Shown here one piece after another: positions 41,080 to 54,188 of a stretch of DNA of 64,000 nt (position 1 is its first letter; the number at the start of each line of letters is the position of its first letter). Location: contig NC_135899.1 of assembly GCF_964194155.1 (NCBI RefSeq), forward strand, positions 92,814,001 through 92,878,000, given 5' to 3'. Position numbers and translations under genes: made by a program. The stretch is from Cetorhinus maximus. Taxonomy: Eukaryota. The notes below the pieces were generated by a model. That model worked only from the letters and a program-made list of their open reading frames with translations, was not told the origin of the DNA and did no database searches.

Positions 41080-42307
41080 GATAGCTATCAGATTGTCACG
41101 GGCACATCTGCCATGTTGTACCTGCTATGGCCTCTGTATGTAGTCAGCGTCATCCAGGCCCTTGTCAGCTCCAACCCCTTCAATGTCCTTCTTGTCAGAG
41201 GAGACATGTCACTCCTCTATGCCTCCATCAGGCAAGACATCCCCCTTTTGTAGCTCTAGGTTGTGCAGGGCGCAGCAGACAACGATGATCAGAATGCACT
41301 CTGTGGTGAGTATTGGAGAGCCCCACCTTAGCAGTCCAAATATCTGAAACACATCTTTAGGAGGCCTGTTTCCTGCTCAATCAGGGGCCTGGCAGAGGCA
41401 TGGGCATCATTTTAGCTCTCCTCAGCTGCACTTTACAGACAGCAAACTGGCATCATGAACCATGTCTTCTGGGGGTATCCCTTGCCCCTGAGGAGCCAGC
41501 CCTGCAAATGCCAAGGTCCTTTAAAAACCTGTGGCACCTGTGAGTGGCTCAAAATGTATGTGTTGTGAGAACTCCCTGGGTACAGGGCACAAACATGCAG
41601 GATTTGTATTCTGCGATCACAAATGAGCTGAACGTTCAAAGAATCTTTTTGCCTTCTCTTTTCATATCCTTTTTGATTGGTGAATGCGATAGGCTGTTGT
41701 CAGGGATCTCTCAAGGCCACATGTGTGCAGTTAATTGTGCCCTGCACTTGAAGGAAACCTGAGGTTTCTGCAAATCCCAATGCTCTTGCAGCCTGACTTT
41801 GGGATCAAGGTGGAATTGTACACATTGGCACGCTCTCCTGAACAGGGCATCTGTGACCTCCTGTATGTACTTGTATGTCGCTGACTGGGAGTGTTGCACT
41901 GGTCCCCTGTGAAACACTGGGAGGAGCCACTGGCAAAAAAGTTCAAGACAGCGGCGACCTTCAATGCCATTGGCATTGGATGGCATGGGATGCCATCCAA
42001 GGCCTTGCGATCGCAGCTTGTCCTGGAGAAGCTGGCAGATAAGAGCAACCACATTGCAGGACAAGCGAAGGCATTGCCTTTTGCTCATTTCTAAATAAGG
42101 GCATTGCCTGTGATACACCTGTAATCGGGCCAATGGCCGCCATTGCGGTGGACACTGTTTGCCAGCATCTTGACCTTTGTCAGGCCCCACTCCCTCTTGC
42201 TGCTCAGGCCCTTGCTCCACCTGCCCCTGTGCCAACCTGTGACAGGCCATCCTTCTCCCCATCTGGATGAGAGTCAGTACAACGCCTGGGTTACCTGCAG
42301 CCTGCAT
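41080..42307 (-). pseudogene. Harbinger (HARBI1-like) DDE transposase, frameshifted
   Basis: Fragments KVAAVLNFFASGSSQ, IQEVTDALF, GTINCTHV, YPGSSHNTYIL and WLLRGKGYP; conserved Asp residues are lost. Confidence 0.82.
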
Positions 42308-43299
42308 CTTCGATGTCTCAGTGGATTGTGAATAAATTGAAGTGATACATTTAGTGAGCATGTCCGTTACAGGTTTCCCTCCATCTCAAAGCCCACAGGC
42401 CAATGCTAAACCCTTCACCTGGCCTCTGTCTAGACATGGCACCCCCATCCCACCCCTGCCCCAGACAGACTCGCACCTTTCCCACTGGTGCTTGTCCCAC
42501 CCTGTCCTGCCTCACCGCTGGTCCCCCCCCTCCTTTGTCCAGCCTCCACTTTTCCCTTCCCCACTGGCCCTGCCCCCTGTGCCCAGCCTTGGCACAGCTT
42601 TTGCTTCCGGCACCCAATATAATTGAGGTTCTGAACAGTCCCCAGGAAAGTGAGAGCAGCATCTACTGACCTCAAAGTCATGGAAGAGGTGAAGCTCACC
42701 AGGTGCACACCACTTGTATTTTTTCTTATTCCTCCACGGGATGTGGGTGTCGCTGGCTGGGCCAGCATTTATTGCCCATCCCTTGTTGCCCTTGAGCAGG
42801 TGGTGGTGAGCTTCCTTCTTGAACCACTGCAGTCCATGTGGTGTAGGTACACACATAGTGCTGTTAGGGAGCTGTTTGCAGTCATAAAACTGAACATTCT
42901 AAATTCTCACTGGCGGGAACTTGATTTTGAGGGCAAACCTAATTCCAGTGAGGTGGCTTTCAAGTGAGCATGCATGAGATGTTAATGCATGTAAATGGGG
43001 TTCCCGACCTTGTTCATCAGGAAGCTTGACCCACCTTGAATGTCCCGAGGACAAAATTCTGACAGTTCATTCTGACTTTGGGAACCAAGTGTTTTGCCTC
43101 TCACCAAATTAAGTTCCCCTGCCCACCACAATTCCTGCTGCTGGCGGGATTGGAAGATTCCGCCCTATGGGTGGGCTATTGAATCAGTATGGGGGGGTGG
43201 CTGAGTGTGGGGATTAGAGTCCTTATCCACCCATGTGCACATGCAGCAGGGCTTAATATGTCAAACCCAACTTTAACCCCTCAACATCAGCTAAACTGA

Positions 43300-43965
43300 G
43301 ATAGGAACAGAAGGTCATTCAACCCCTCAAGCTTATTCACCACTCAATGAGATCATGGCTGAAACTGTGGCCTAACTCCACATAACTGTCTTTGTCCTAT
43401 ATATTCCTTCATACCCCTGTGACAGAGATCTTACAATCTCAGATTATAAATTAACAATTAACCCAATGTCAATTATCATTTGTGAAAGACAGTTCCAAAC
43501 TTCTACCACCCTTTGTATCCAGAAATGTTTCCTAACTTTGCTCCTGAAGTACTTGGCCATAATTTTCAGATTATGTCCCCCAGTCTTAAACCCCGCAACC
43601 AGTGCAAATTGTTCCTATCTACCTTATCAGTTTCTCTTAATGCCTTGAAAACTTTGCTCGGATTATTCTTAATCTTCCAAAATTCAAGGGAATTGCTTGT
43701 GTAATCCTTCTTCGTAAGTTAACCCCTGGAGTCCAGATATCATTCGAGTGAATGCTTTTTCTGCCAGGTCAATATATCCTTCCTAAGGTGCAGTGCCCAG
43801 AACTGAATGTAGTATTCCAAATGTGATCGAATCAGGACTCAGTATAACTGCAGCATGACTTCTACCCCCTTGTATTCTAGTCCTCAAAATATAAAGGCCA
43901 GCATTTCACATGCCCTTTTTTGATTATTTTTGTACCTGTCCATGACATTCTGTTGATCTGTATAC
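43300..43965 (-). mobile_element. Old CR1 3' fragment
   Basis: Reverse-complement similarity to the CR1 3' region. Confidence 0.65.
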
Positions 43966-44099
43966 CATGAATGGTTAATTTAGAATGGCTATTGTACCAG
44001 GAACCTTCCTAGTCTGTAGTGATCAGCTGTCTCACTGAATAAACTTGCTGAACCTTTGGGGAATCTGTCGCAGATTGGATGTTGGAACAGTTTTGAGTT

Positions 44100-45605
44100 G
44101 CCACTATTTTTAATTCCTCTCTGGCCATGGGGAAGGTGCCAGAGAACTGGAGAACAGCTAATGTGGTTCCGCTAGTTAAGAAGTGTTGTAGAGATAAGCC
44201 AAGGAACTACAGGCCAGTGAGTCTCACGTCAGTGGTAGGGAAACTATTGGAGAAAATTCTGAAGGAGAGAATCTATCTCCACTTGGAGAGGCAAGGTTTG
44301 ATCAGGGGTAGTCAGCATGGCTTGGTCAGAGGGAGGCCATGCCTAACAAGTTTGATTGAATTTTTTGAGGAGGTGACCAGGTGTGTAGATGAGGGTAGTG
44401 CAGTTGTTGTAGTTTATATGGATTTCAGCAAAGCCTTTGACAAGGGGTCCCACATGGGACACTTATAAAGAAGGCAAATGCACATGGAATACAGGGTAAT
44501 TTGATAAGGTGGATTCAAAATTGGCTTAGTTGTAGGAGACAGAGGGTGATGACAGGAGGCTGCTTTAGTGACTGGAAGCCAGTGTCCAGTGGCATACCAC
44601 AGGGATCTGTGCTGAGTCCCCTATTATTTTTCATTTATATAAACAACATAGATGACTCTGTGGGAGGTAGGATTAGTAAGTTTGCGGATAACCAGGTGGT
44701 TAACAGTGAGGTTGAATGTCTTGGGCTACAGGAAGATATAGATGGGATGGTCAAATGGGCAGATAAGTGGCAGATGGAATTTCACCCTGAAAAGTGTGAG
44801 GTGATACACTTTGGAAGGAGTAATTTGACAAGGGAGTATTCAATGAATGGCATGACACTAGGAAGTGCTGAGGAACAAAGGGACCTTGGCGTGTGTGTCC
44901 ATAGATCTCTGAAGGCGGAGGGGCATGTTAGTGGGATGGTGAAAAAGGCATATGGGACACTTGCCTTTATCAATCAAGGCATATATTACAAAAGTAGGGA
45001 GGTCATGTTGGAGTTGTATAGAACCTTGGTGAGGCCACAGCTGGAGTAGTGTATGCAGTTCTGGTTGCCACATTATAGGAAGGATGTGATTGCACTGGAG
45101 GGGGTGCAGAGGAGATTCACCAGGATGTTGCCTGGGATGAAACATTTAAGTTATGAAGAGAGGTTGGATAGACTTGGGTTGTTTTTGTTGGAGCAGAGAA
45201 GACTGAGGGGCGACCTGATCGAGATGTACAAGATTATGAGGGGCATGGACAAGGTGGATAGGGAGCAGCTGTTCCCCTTAGTTGAAGGGTCAGTCACAAG
45301 GGGACATAAGTTCAAGGTGAGGGGCAGGAGGTTTAGGGGGGATGTGAGGAAAAACATTTTTACCCAGAGGGTGGTGACGGTCTGGAATGCGCTGCCTGGG
45401 AGGGTGGTGGAGGCGGGTTGCCTCACATCCTTTAAAAAGTACCTGGATGAGCACTTGGCACGTCATAACATTCAAGGCTATGGGCCAAGTGCTGGTCAAT
45501 GGGATTAGGTAGGTAGGTCAGGTGTTTCTCACATGTCGGTGCAGACTCGATGGGCCGAAGGGCCTCTTCTGCACTGTGAGATTCTGTGATTCTATGATTC
45601 TGTGA
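44100..45605 (+). mobile_element. CR1 LINE, 5'-truncated
   Basis: NYRPVSLTSVVGK, YMDFSKAFD and PQGSVL motifs; (ATTCTRTG)n tail at 45581-45605. Confidence 0.93.
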
Positions 45606-45843
45606 TATCACTGCCCCAGTTCCTATTTAAAATGCTAATTACTACACACAAGAGCGATGAGTTGCTACTCCCCTCACAGAAAATTGTGAGTGCAGAGGTC
45701 AGAAACCGACTGATAGATGGATCATATGTGGCCTCAGCCGATTCGAAAGCCTCAGCTTCCACCACAAGCTCTTTAAAGATCTTTACGCCTGTAAAGATAT
45801 TAGTTCATTTCAGAACAATAGTTCTATTTTTTCAATGATGCAG

Positions 45844-46016
45844 CTCTTCCAGAGGATGTGATAAAGGTTGGAAAAGACATCAAGCCAATCATTGAAATCA
45901 AACAGACTGGAGACAACTTCGTCATTACAACGAAAAATCCACGTCAGTCAGTAACAAATCAATTTACCATCGGAAAAGAGGCTGAGATCACCTCCATGGA
46001 TGGCCAAAAGCTAAAG
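45844..46016 (+). CDS. fabp10: fabp10 exon 2 (SLPEDVIKVGKDIKP...FTIGKEAEITSMDGQKLK)
   Basis: 173 nt, the canonical FABP exon 2 size; AG/GT bounded. Confidence 0.93.
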
Positions 46017-46406
46017 GTATTTTGAGTCTCATTTTGTTTATGGTCACCTACTGTATATTATCAGGCATGAAACAGTGATCTTACATTTCCACAAATTATT
46101 TCAAATTCAAAACCATGGTAGCAAATGCAGTTTAGGATTCTTTTCCTATGATTCATAAGATAGAAAGTGCACACAAACAAAGTTTTAACTAGCAGAGATT
46201 TCTTTTGTAAGTGAGTGCAAGTATTTTGTTGACCTGTCCCTCAGTATCCACCAGGACAACTCAATTAAATCCACTTATGAGTCTAGTTTATGGTTCCATG
46301 GTCTCAATGGAAAAAAATGTTTAATTCCCCAGCTTTTATTTTTCTGGTTGGAAGGCAAGATACCAAATGTTTTTGTGTATGCTTACAATCATTTTGCTTT
46401 GCACAG

Positions 46407-46496
46407 TGTACTGTTCAAATGGAAGAAGGGAAGCTAATGTGCAGGTTGAAAAACTTTGTCCATTTACAGGAGGTGCAGGGGTCTGAAATGACTGAA
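46407..46496 (+). CDS. fabp10: fabp10 exon 3 (CTVQMEEGKLMC...HLQEVQGSEMTE)
   Basis: 90 nt; acag acceptor, gtaagt donor. Confidence 0.93.
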
Positions 46497-47250
46497 GTAA
46501 GTATTGGATTATATAATTTCTTTAAGTATTCTAATGCTGTACAGCTTTTGATAAGTGCAGATGATCAGCTACACCTCAGTATGAATTAGAACATAACTTT
46601 GTCAGGCAATAGTTATATAAAATCCACAAATGATTTTGGAGTAGATTATAATTGGAAAAAAGACACTTTCCTAACTCCATCAGGTATTTCAGGAGAAACC
46701 TGGGAAATGATTGGATTTTCTATCATTTCTGTTGTCTTTGTAGCAATGTGAGAATTGGGTGGCGTCACTAACAGGATTACTAGTTCTGGCTCTGTCAGCC
46801 CTACTACCCTCTGGCTGCTAGGAACATTACAAGCTAATATGAGTGTATAATATACAAATTCCCTGTTAACAATAACAGATATTTCATATCTAAGTACTTG
46901 ATTTATTATTTGAAAAACTAATTTGTTTTGCTCATTGTGGCATTTCTAAAATAGCTGAAAGCAGCCTGGTAATTTAAAAAAAAACCCCTCTTTACTCCAC
47001 CAGCCTAGCACCTCTTCTAGATGCCCATGATTCACAGGTATCCATGGCATCCAATGTTGCAGAAGGCCTACATAAGGAAAATGCACCACATGGCGCATTC
47101 TCTTCATTTATATCATTATAATAAGTCCACAACAATCTTCATTGTCACCTAACGACTTGATTTTATTTTAAGATATGCTAACATTATGTGTGCACATTGC
47201 ATTGCCATCTTGCCATTGTGTTGGCTCATCTAATTCCTATTTCTTAACAG

Positions 47251-47301
47251 AAACTTACTGCAGGCTCCACCACAATGATTAGGAAAAGCCGACGAATTTA
47301 A
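47251..47301 (+). CDS. fabp10: fabp10 exon 4 (KLTAGSTTMIRKSRRI*)
   Basis: acag acceptor and TAA stop; the four exons total 381 nt (126 aa plus stop). Confidence 0.93.
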   Translation, partial: KLTAGSTTMIRKSRRI

Positions 47302-47334
47302 CCAGAATGGAACTAATCTCCTGTGATCTATTCA

Positions 47335-47340
47335 AATAAA
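47335..47340 (+). terminator. fabp10 candidate poly(A) signal
   Basis: AATAAA about 33 nt after the stop codon, followed by a GT/T-rich tract. Confidence 0.7.
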
Positions 47341-48559
47341 TGAAAGAAATCCTGTTGTTCTTGGTGTTTGTTGCTTGTATTTTTGTTGTTTGTTTGCTTG
47401 TGTTTTGGTTCCCAAAGCACCAATAATAGATTTGGTAAAGTAACCCTAAAGTGTAGAAAAGGTCACTGGAGAAGGGTCCCAATCAGAGACATTAATTGTA
47501 GTCTTTCCAGCAATGAGTAGCACTGGAAAACCTAACCTGTAACTTCCACATGATATAAATATGTATATACGTATCAATATATCTCTTATCGAAATGCTTT
47601 AATGTGTAGCTTAACCATGGGATACACCAGAGGGCAGAAAGACAATATTGAATTAGGTAATGCTCACATTGTGATGGGATCTCCGGCGTAGCCATCGAAT
47701 GGAAACTTTTGCTAATGATCAACACATATGCTGATCCCACCCAGCTTCAGCTCTCTGTCTGATGCATAATCAGGGCTGTCGTTATATTCTCCAACTGCTT
47801 GCCCAACGCCACAAACTGGATGAGCCAAATGTTTCTCTAGCTTATTTTGGCAAAGATAGCTGAAATAATTAATCACCCAGCGCCCGTTTTACACCGAGTG
47901 GCCTCCTACACCTTGTGGTGCGCCTCAGTGTGGATCTAGGTGGAGTAGGACTGCTCCTCCCGATTTCCACATTAAAAGAATGTGAGCCTCTGCCTCATCA
48001 CCACACCCACCCCTTGGGGCTGCAGATCCCGTGCCCCACTAACAGTTCCCCCACCGCTCACCCGATGCCCGTGTCATCTCTGGACGTCCTCCAGAAGCTT
48101 GAGATCTCCGACATCACCAAAGCCCATAATCTCATCCCTCCCTAACTCAATCCGCAGAATATCTTTGCCCTTGGAGTCTGATCTCTTCCCTCCCTGTGAC
48201 CAAAGCCTCTCTCACCATTTCACCTACTTCTGTTCTCTCTGTGACTGCCATTATCCCCTGATTCCCAACGTTCACTTACCCGAGGAACAAGATGGTCTGA
48301 CCCTGGTTCCCACATGACCCATAGCCATCAGGCTTGACTTTAAGGAGGCCCGAGTACCAATGTCAGGGGCTCCTCAAATCTCACCTCATGCACAGAGATT
48401 GTAGCTGGTTTCCCAAACCCCTGTACCCCACCTCACCCCCGCCCCCACCCCTGCCATTTTCTTAAGTTTCCATTAACACCACTGTGGCTCTGGCCTTGAT
48501 TCAATTAACATTCCCAGCTGCCATCTCTGCCTGGAAGGAGGTTGAGAAATCTTTACATA

Positions 48560-49115
48560 TCAGTGGCTCTGTTGGTGAAGGTTGGGAGTTCAAGTCCTAC
48601 TCCAGGATTTAAGCACAAAAACCTCCCTTCCTAACAGCACTGCGGGTGTACCTCCACCACATGCACTGCAGTGGTTCAGGTAGGCCACTGCCACCTTCTC
48701 AAGAGTCAATTGAAGATGGGCAACCAATGCTGGCCCAGCCAGCAATGCTCTCATCTGTTTAAGAATTTTAAAAATAGCTGGCACTTGGTGCTGCACTGTT
48801 GAAAGTGCTGTCTTTTGGGTGAGATGTTAAACCAAGGTCCCGACTACCCTCTCAGGCGGATGTAAAAGATTCATGGCACTATCCCAGAGCAAGCGAGTTA
48901 TCCCTTGTGCGCTGATCAATATTTATCCCTTAATCAACATCACCAAATCAGATTATCTGGCCAATATCACAATGCTGTTTGTGGGAGCTTGCTGTGCACA
49001 AATTGGAGATGGCATTTCTTACATTACAACTCTGACAGCTCTTCAGAAGTACTTCATTGTCTGGAAAGTGCTTTGGAACATAAAAGGTGCTATAGAATGC
49101 AAGTCTTCCTTTTCC
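48560..49115 (+). mobile_element. Deu-domain SINE (SacSINE1/AmnSINE1-like) with a nested LINE 3' tail (~48620-48775)
   Basis: GGATGTAAAAGAT..CATGGCACTAT...AATATTTATCCCT...GCTGTGCACAAATTGG...GCTATAGAATGCAAGTC matches the recalled Deu-SINE consensus. Confidence 0.72.
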
Positions 49116-49699
49116 TTCCATTTAACTGCTCGATCCCAAGTTAAGTTCATTTTCCTAATTTTCCTCCTTTAATGCCATCACTTTCTTTCACATCTCCAAC
49201 ATTGCTGTCTCTCGCTTCACATACAAAACTTTCTGGTCCAGGCCTCTGCCACCTTGAGACTCACATTCTCTAATATGTGTCTCGCTGGCCTTGCTGCCAT
49301 GCATCTTCACAAGCCTCAGCTTATCCCAAAGGCAGTGGTGCCATGCTCACCCACACAGAGTCCTAAATTGCATCACCCCTATCATCTCACAAAACCTACC
49401 GAGTTAACTTTAAAATCTGTCCTCACTTTCCACTCAATCCATGTCTCCCTGCATTGTTTTTGGTATCCTCCTCCTCAATATCCCCACATGCCATCGTATT
49501 GGGCTTCTCTTTGCCACTCATCTTCTCATTTCAGTACTGATGGTCATTTCTTCAACCACTATGCTTCTGCTCGAATTGACTGTCATTTGCCTTTACCTTG
49601 TCACCTCCCTTTATGCTTTCAAAAATGTTCCTTGAAACTGTTCTCTTTGTCTGCACTTTTATTTGACATTTTTTAAAAACTTATTCTCTCTTGGACTGA

Positions 49700-50027
49700 A
49701 AGCATTTGTTTCCCATCCCTAATTTCCCTTGAACTGAGTGGCTTGCGAGGCCATTTTAAAGTCAACTGCATTGCCAAGGGTCTGGAGTCAGACGTAGGCC
49801 AGACCAGGTAAGGATGGAAGATTTCCTTTCATAAAGGACATTAGTGAGCCAAATGGGTTTGTAACAACAGTTGACAATGGTTTAATGGTCACCATTAGTG
49901 AGACTGGCTTTTAATTCCAGGTTTGTTAATTGAATTTAAATTCCACCAGCTCCTGTGGTGGGATTTGAAACCATGACCCCAAAGCATTAGCCTGGGACAC
50001 TGGATCACTAGTACACTGCCATCTCCC
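49700..50027 (-). mobile_element. tRNA-derived SINE whose tail resembles the 27175 LINE family
   Basis: Minus-strand B-box-like GGTTTCAAATCCC; paralogues at 55298-55530 and ~23935-24480. Confidence 0.65.
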
Positions 50028-50668
50028 CTCTAACCTCCCTAATGGTCTAATTTTTTCCCCTTTTTCTTCACCCGCTCAGCATCCACTTCTTTGTGTTCTT
50101 TATTGGAAGATGTCTTGAGATAGCTTGTATGTTCAGTGTGCCACATAAATATAATCATTGCTGTTGTCCACTCTTTTGGTCTCCATTACGTAAAGCATTT
50201 TAAGACATCTTCCCACTCGTGACATACCCTTGTGCTTGCCTGTTGTTCCAGGAGCTGAGCATATTCATACTCCCCTCTATAGAGACGTTCAGATTGCAGC
50301 TTCCTGACTGAGACTGAGAACTGTGGTTCCAATTCTAGCCAGACAGAACTGCATTGACATTGCCCATCTCCAGCATGTTTACAACCGCATGTCTTGCTCA
50401 GGAAATGCATGATTCCTGAATATAAGCATTTGCAGAGCTCTCTGTTAACAGTTTAGACATTTAGAGAATATAAAGGGGAGAATCCTCACACTCTAAACAT
50501 TTACATTGAGGCTAGGTGGTTTACAAAGTGCCCAAGAAATCAAGTGTTTTTGTAAACCAGGTTTGACAATGCACTGGATTTATGTTCTATGTAGTGTCAA
50601 ACAGGAACTCTACGAGAACACCTCCTCTGAGGACACTCTGCTTATCTACAGAGTCAGGTTCATCATGA

Positions 50669-52203
50669 ATTCTGAAGGAGATAGCTGAAGAGATAGTGCG
50701 GGCGTTAGTGGTGATCTTTCAGGAATCACTGGAGTCAGGGAGGGTCCTAGAGGACTGGAAAATCGCTAATGTAACCTCCCTGTTTAAGAAGGGAGTGAGG
50801 CAAAAGACGGGAAATTACAGGCCGATTAGCCTGACCTCGGTCGTTGGTAAGATTTTAGAGTCCATTATTAAGGATGAGACTTCAGAATACTTGGAAGTGC
50901 ATGGTAAAATTGGGCAAAGTCAGCATGGTTTCATCAAGGGGAGGTCATGCCTGACAAATCTGTTAGAATTCTTTGAGTAGATAACGAGTAGGTTAGACAA
51001 AGGAGAGCCAATGGATGTTATCTACTTGGACTTCCAGAAGACCTTTGACAAGGTGCTGCACAGGAGGCTGCTCAGTAAGATAAGAGCCCATGGTGTTAGA
51101 GGCAAGGTATTAGCATGGATAGAAGATTGGCTGTCTGGCAGGAAGCAGAGAGTGGGGATAAGGGGGTCCTTCTCAGGATGGCGGCCGGTGACTAGTGGAG
51201 TTCCGCAGGGGTCAGTGTTGGGACCACAACTTTTCACTTTATAGATCTAGATGAAGGAACTGAGGGCATCTTGGCTACGTTTGCAGATGATACAAAGATA
51301 GGTAGAGGGACAGGTAGTATTGAGGAGGCGGGGAGACTGCAGAAGGATTTGGACAGGTTAGGAGAATGGGCAAAGAAGTGGCAGATGGAATACAACGTGG
51401 GTAAGTGTGAGGTCATGCACTTTGGTAGGAAGAATAGAGGCATGGACTATTTTCTAAATGGGGAGAGAATTCAGAAATCTGGAGTGCAAAGGGACTTGGG
51501 AGTCCTAGTCCAGGATTCTCTTAAGGTTCACTTGTAGGTTGAGTCGGTAGTTAGGAAGGCAAATGCAATGTTGGCATTTATTTCGAGAGGACTAGAATAT
51601 AAGAGCAGGGATGTGCTGCTGAGGCTTTATAAGGCTCTGGTCAGACCACATTTAGAATATTATGAGCAATTTTGGGCCCCGTATCTCAGGAAGGATGTGC
51701 TGGCCCTGGAGAGGGTCCAGAGGAGATTCACGAGAATGATCCCAGGAATGAAAGGCTTAACATATGAGGAACGTTTGAGGACTCTGGGTCTATACTCGAT
51801 GGAGTTTAGAAGGAGGAAGGGGGATCTGATTGAAACTTACAGAATACTGAAAGGCCTGGATAGAGTGGACGTGGGGAAGATGTTTCCATTAGTAGGAGAG
51901 ACTAGGACCCGAGGGCACAGCCTCAGAGTAAAGGGAAGACCTTTTAGAACAGAGATGAGGAGAAACTTCTTTAGCCAGAGAGTGGTGAATCTATGGAATT
52001 CATTGCCACAGAAGACTGTGGAGGCCAGGTCATTGAGTGTATTTAAGACTGAGATAGATAGGTTCTTGATTGGTAAGGGGATCAAAGGTTTTGGAGAGAA
52101 GGCGGGAGAATGGGGTTGAGAAACTTATCAGCCATGATTGAATGGTGGAGCAGACTCGATGGGCCGAATGGCCTAATTTCTGCTCCTATGTCTTATGGTC
52201 TTA
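50669..52203 (+). mobile_element. CR1 LINE, 5'-truncated, relatively young
   Basis: NYRPISLTSVVGK, GVPQGSVLGP and FADDTK motifs; TCTTATGG-type tail. Confidence 0.93.
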
Positions 52204-53519
52204 ATTTACACTCCCAGTTTATGAGTCTGAATACATCTGTACCTTTCACTTCATCGACTTACCTCACTGCGAGTTCAGGTTGTGCTGACCGGAAATTAGA
52301 CTGGAGAACTTTGGCTCTGCCAACATTGATCTTGAGAAACCTTTGGTCCATTCAACAGTTCGTGTAGGTCATGTATTAATCATGCTTGTTGGTTTCCACG
52401 TGTGTTGAAGACAGAGCATTTTAAGAATCTGTTTTACAATCTTTGACCATGACTAGGGTGAGGTTGTTTGGGTGATGCACTTACTGTAATCAAGCAGCCA
52501 GGCTCAATAATGAGCTGCAGAAAACTGGGGCTAATGACCTTGGCTGCATTGAAAGCTCACTCAGTTTGAAAATGTATCCATAATTGTAATTATTCTTCAC
52601 AGAGGCAAGAAACCAGTGCTTGTAAAATAAGGGCTTTAACTTTTTGTCAAACCTGCCAATCAAACGTTTCTTTACTGTTGACTTTATCATTGTTCATGAG
52701 AACTGGAACATTCCTGAGAGAGGCTAGAATCACCTTGCACTGACTGGACTTTCCACATTCCACTCTTAGTGGCAAATCTCTAACGTTTTGCATTAACCAA
52801 TCAGGACTTTTTGCATTTATACCTAACTACCCGAACCTGCATTTATAAATCTGGTATTTGATATATTACATACAATACCTTACAGATCCAAAATCTACCT
52901 CCTATCCAAGACATTCATTACTCTTGGATTATATGGATGAATCACTGGTAAAAGAGTTTCTGTGGCAGCCTGTCTAACCAGTGAGTAGCTGAGTCATAAG
53001 GACGACGCAATCCTTAGAATTGATCTATGGCCTCTCTGAACTGGGGTGGTACTAGGGGCCCTGCAGTTGGAGAAAATAGCCCTGAAAATTATTCACACCT
53101 GTCCATTAGCAAACAATTGTTGCATTGTGTGGACAGGATCAGTTCAAAATCCCAGCTCAGAAAGCCAAGTGACACCCACCACTGTGAATAATGCTGAGCA
53201 CTGGATAAGATGCACAAGGACAAGTATGGCAGTGCACCCTACCAAATTCACATGTTCTGCAGAAGGAAGGGAGAAGAAAATTGATGGAGGAAAATGTCAG
53301 GAAAATGCAGTCAATAGTCCGAAATTCCTATTCATATTCGGATCTTAGATATATTTGCAGAGCTAAATGTGAAAGATGAATTGGATATTTCATGGAACAG
53401 TTTTACTGAGGATGCACACCTGAATTTATGCGAATCACTATTCAAATCTCAATGGGTTTCCTTCAAGCTCTGATCAATTGTTATTTATAAGAAGAAAGGT
53501 TGGTTGTTCTCCAATTTTT

Positions 53520-54188
53520 TTATTGTTCTTTACTGGAGAGAGGCTGCTTATACTGAAAAACACAGTATTTTACAAACAAATAGCACAGTTCAGCAAGATT
53601 CAACAACATGCATACAGCTGAAGTCACTAACATGAAAATTGTACAGATTGTTTTCTCTGTTGGCCTAGAAACGAAGCAATCCACAATATTAGGACAGGGA
53701 TATTCACTGCATTTGACAAGTCTGAGCATCTTGTAGCCTTTATAAATCCAATAAAATAGGTACATAAAGACAGCTTCAAATGACATTTTGAAGAAAATGC
53801 TGACCAAGTAAGTTCGAAGAAGAGGGGCATCGATTTTTACTTTCTGCAAATCTGCATTTTGATGAAAGATTTTTATATTCTTCTTGTGTTTTTTTCTTTG
53901 ATGAACATGCATACCAATGAGAAATGACGGAATGGACACAAAGAGGAGCTGGAAAACCCACAGCCTGATGTGGGAGATGGGGAAGAAATGATCGTAGCAC
54001 ACATTCCTGCAACCAGGTTGCTGTGTGTTGCACACAAAGTCACTCTGTTCATCTCCCCATACAGTCTCAGCTGCCACCACCAAGACCAGGACACGGAAAA
54101 TGAAAACAACTGAGAGCCACACCTTCCCCAGCGGCGTTGAGTACTTGTTCACTCCACCCAGCAGAGACTGAAGAGAATGCCAATCCAT
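53520..54188 (-). CDS. Beta-group connexin, GJB2/GJB6 (Cx26/Cx30)-like, short-tailed copy, 222 aa
   Basis: MDW..LQ.LLGGVNK.ST start, [22 protein letters not shown] and C...[16 protein letters not shown] loops with all six Cys; splice acceptor 11 nt before the ATG. Confidence 0.93.
   Translation of the reverse strand: MDWHSLQSLLGGVNKYSTPLGKVWLSVVFIFRVLVLVVAAETVWGDEQSDFVCNTQQPGCRNVCYDHFFPISHIRLWVFQLLFVSIPSFLIGMHVHQRKKHKKNIKIFHQNADLQKVKIDAPLLRTYLVSIFFKMSFEAVFMYLFYWIYKGYKMLRLVKCSEYPCPNIVDCFVSRPTEKTICTIFMLVTSAVCMLLNLAELCYLFVKYCVFQYKQPLSSKEQ

Larger units (their letters stand above)
36193..43165. mobile_element. Decayed near-full-length PIF/Harbinger DNA transposon in fabp10 intron 1
   Basis: Imperfect TIRs GGACAGAAGCTTCCA / TGGAAGATTCCGCCC; convergent Myb/SANT-like gene (+) and transposase (-), the usual two-gene Harbinger layout. 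Confidence 0.8.

Noticed and set aside
41080-42361. Possible domesticated HARBI1-like host gene
   Set aside because: Multiple frameshifts, lost catalytic Asp residues and retained TIRs indicate a dead transposon.
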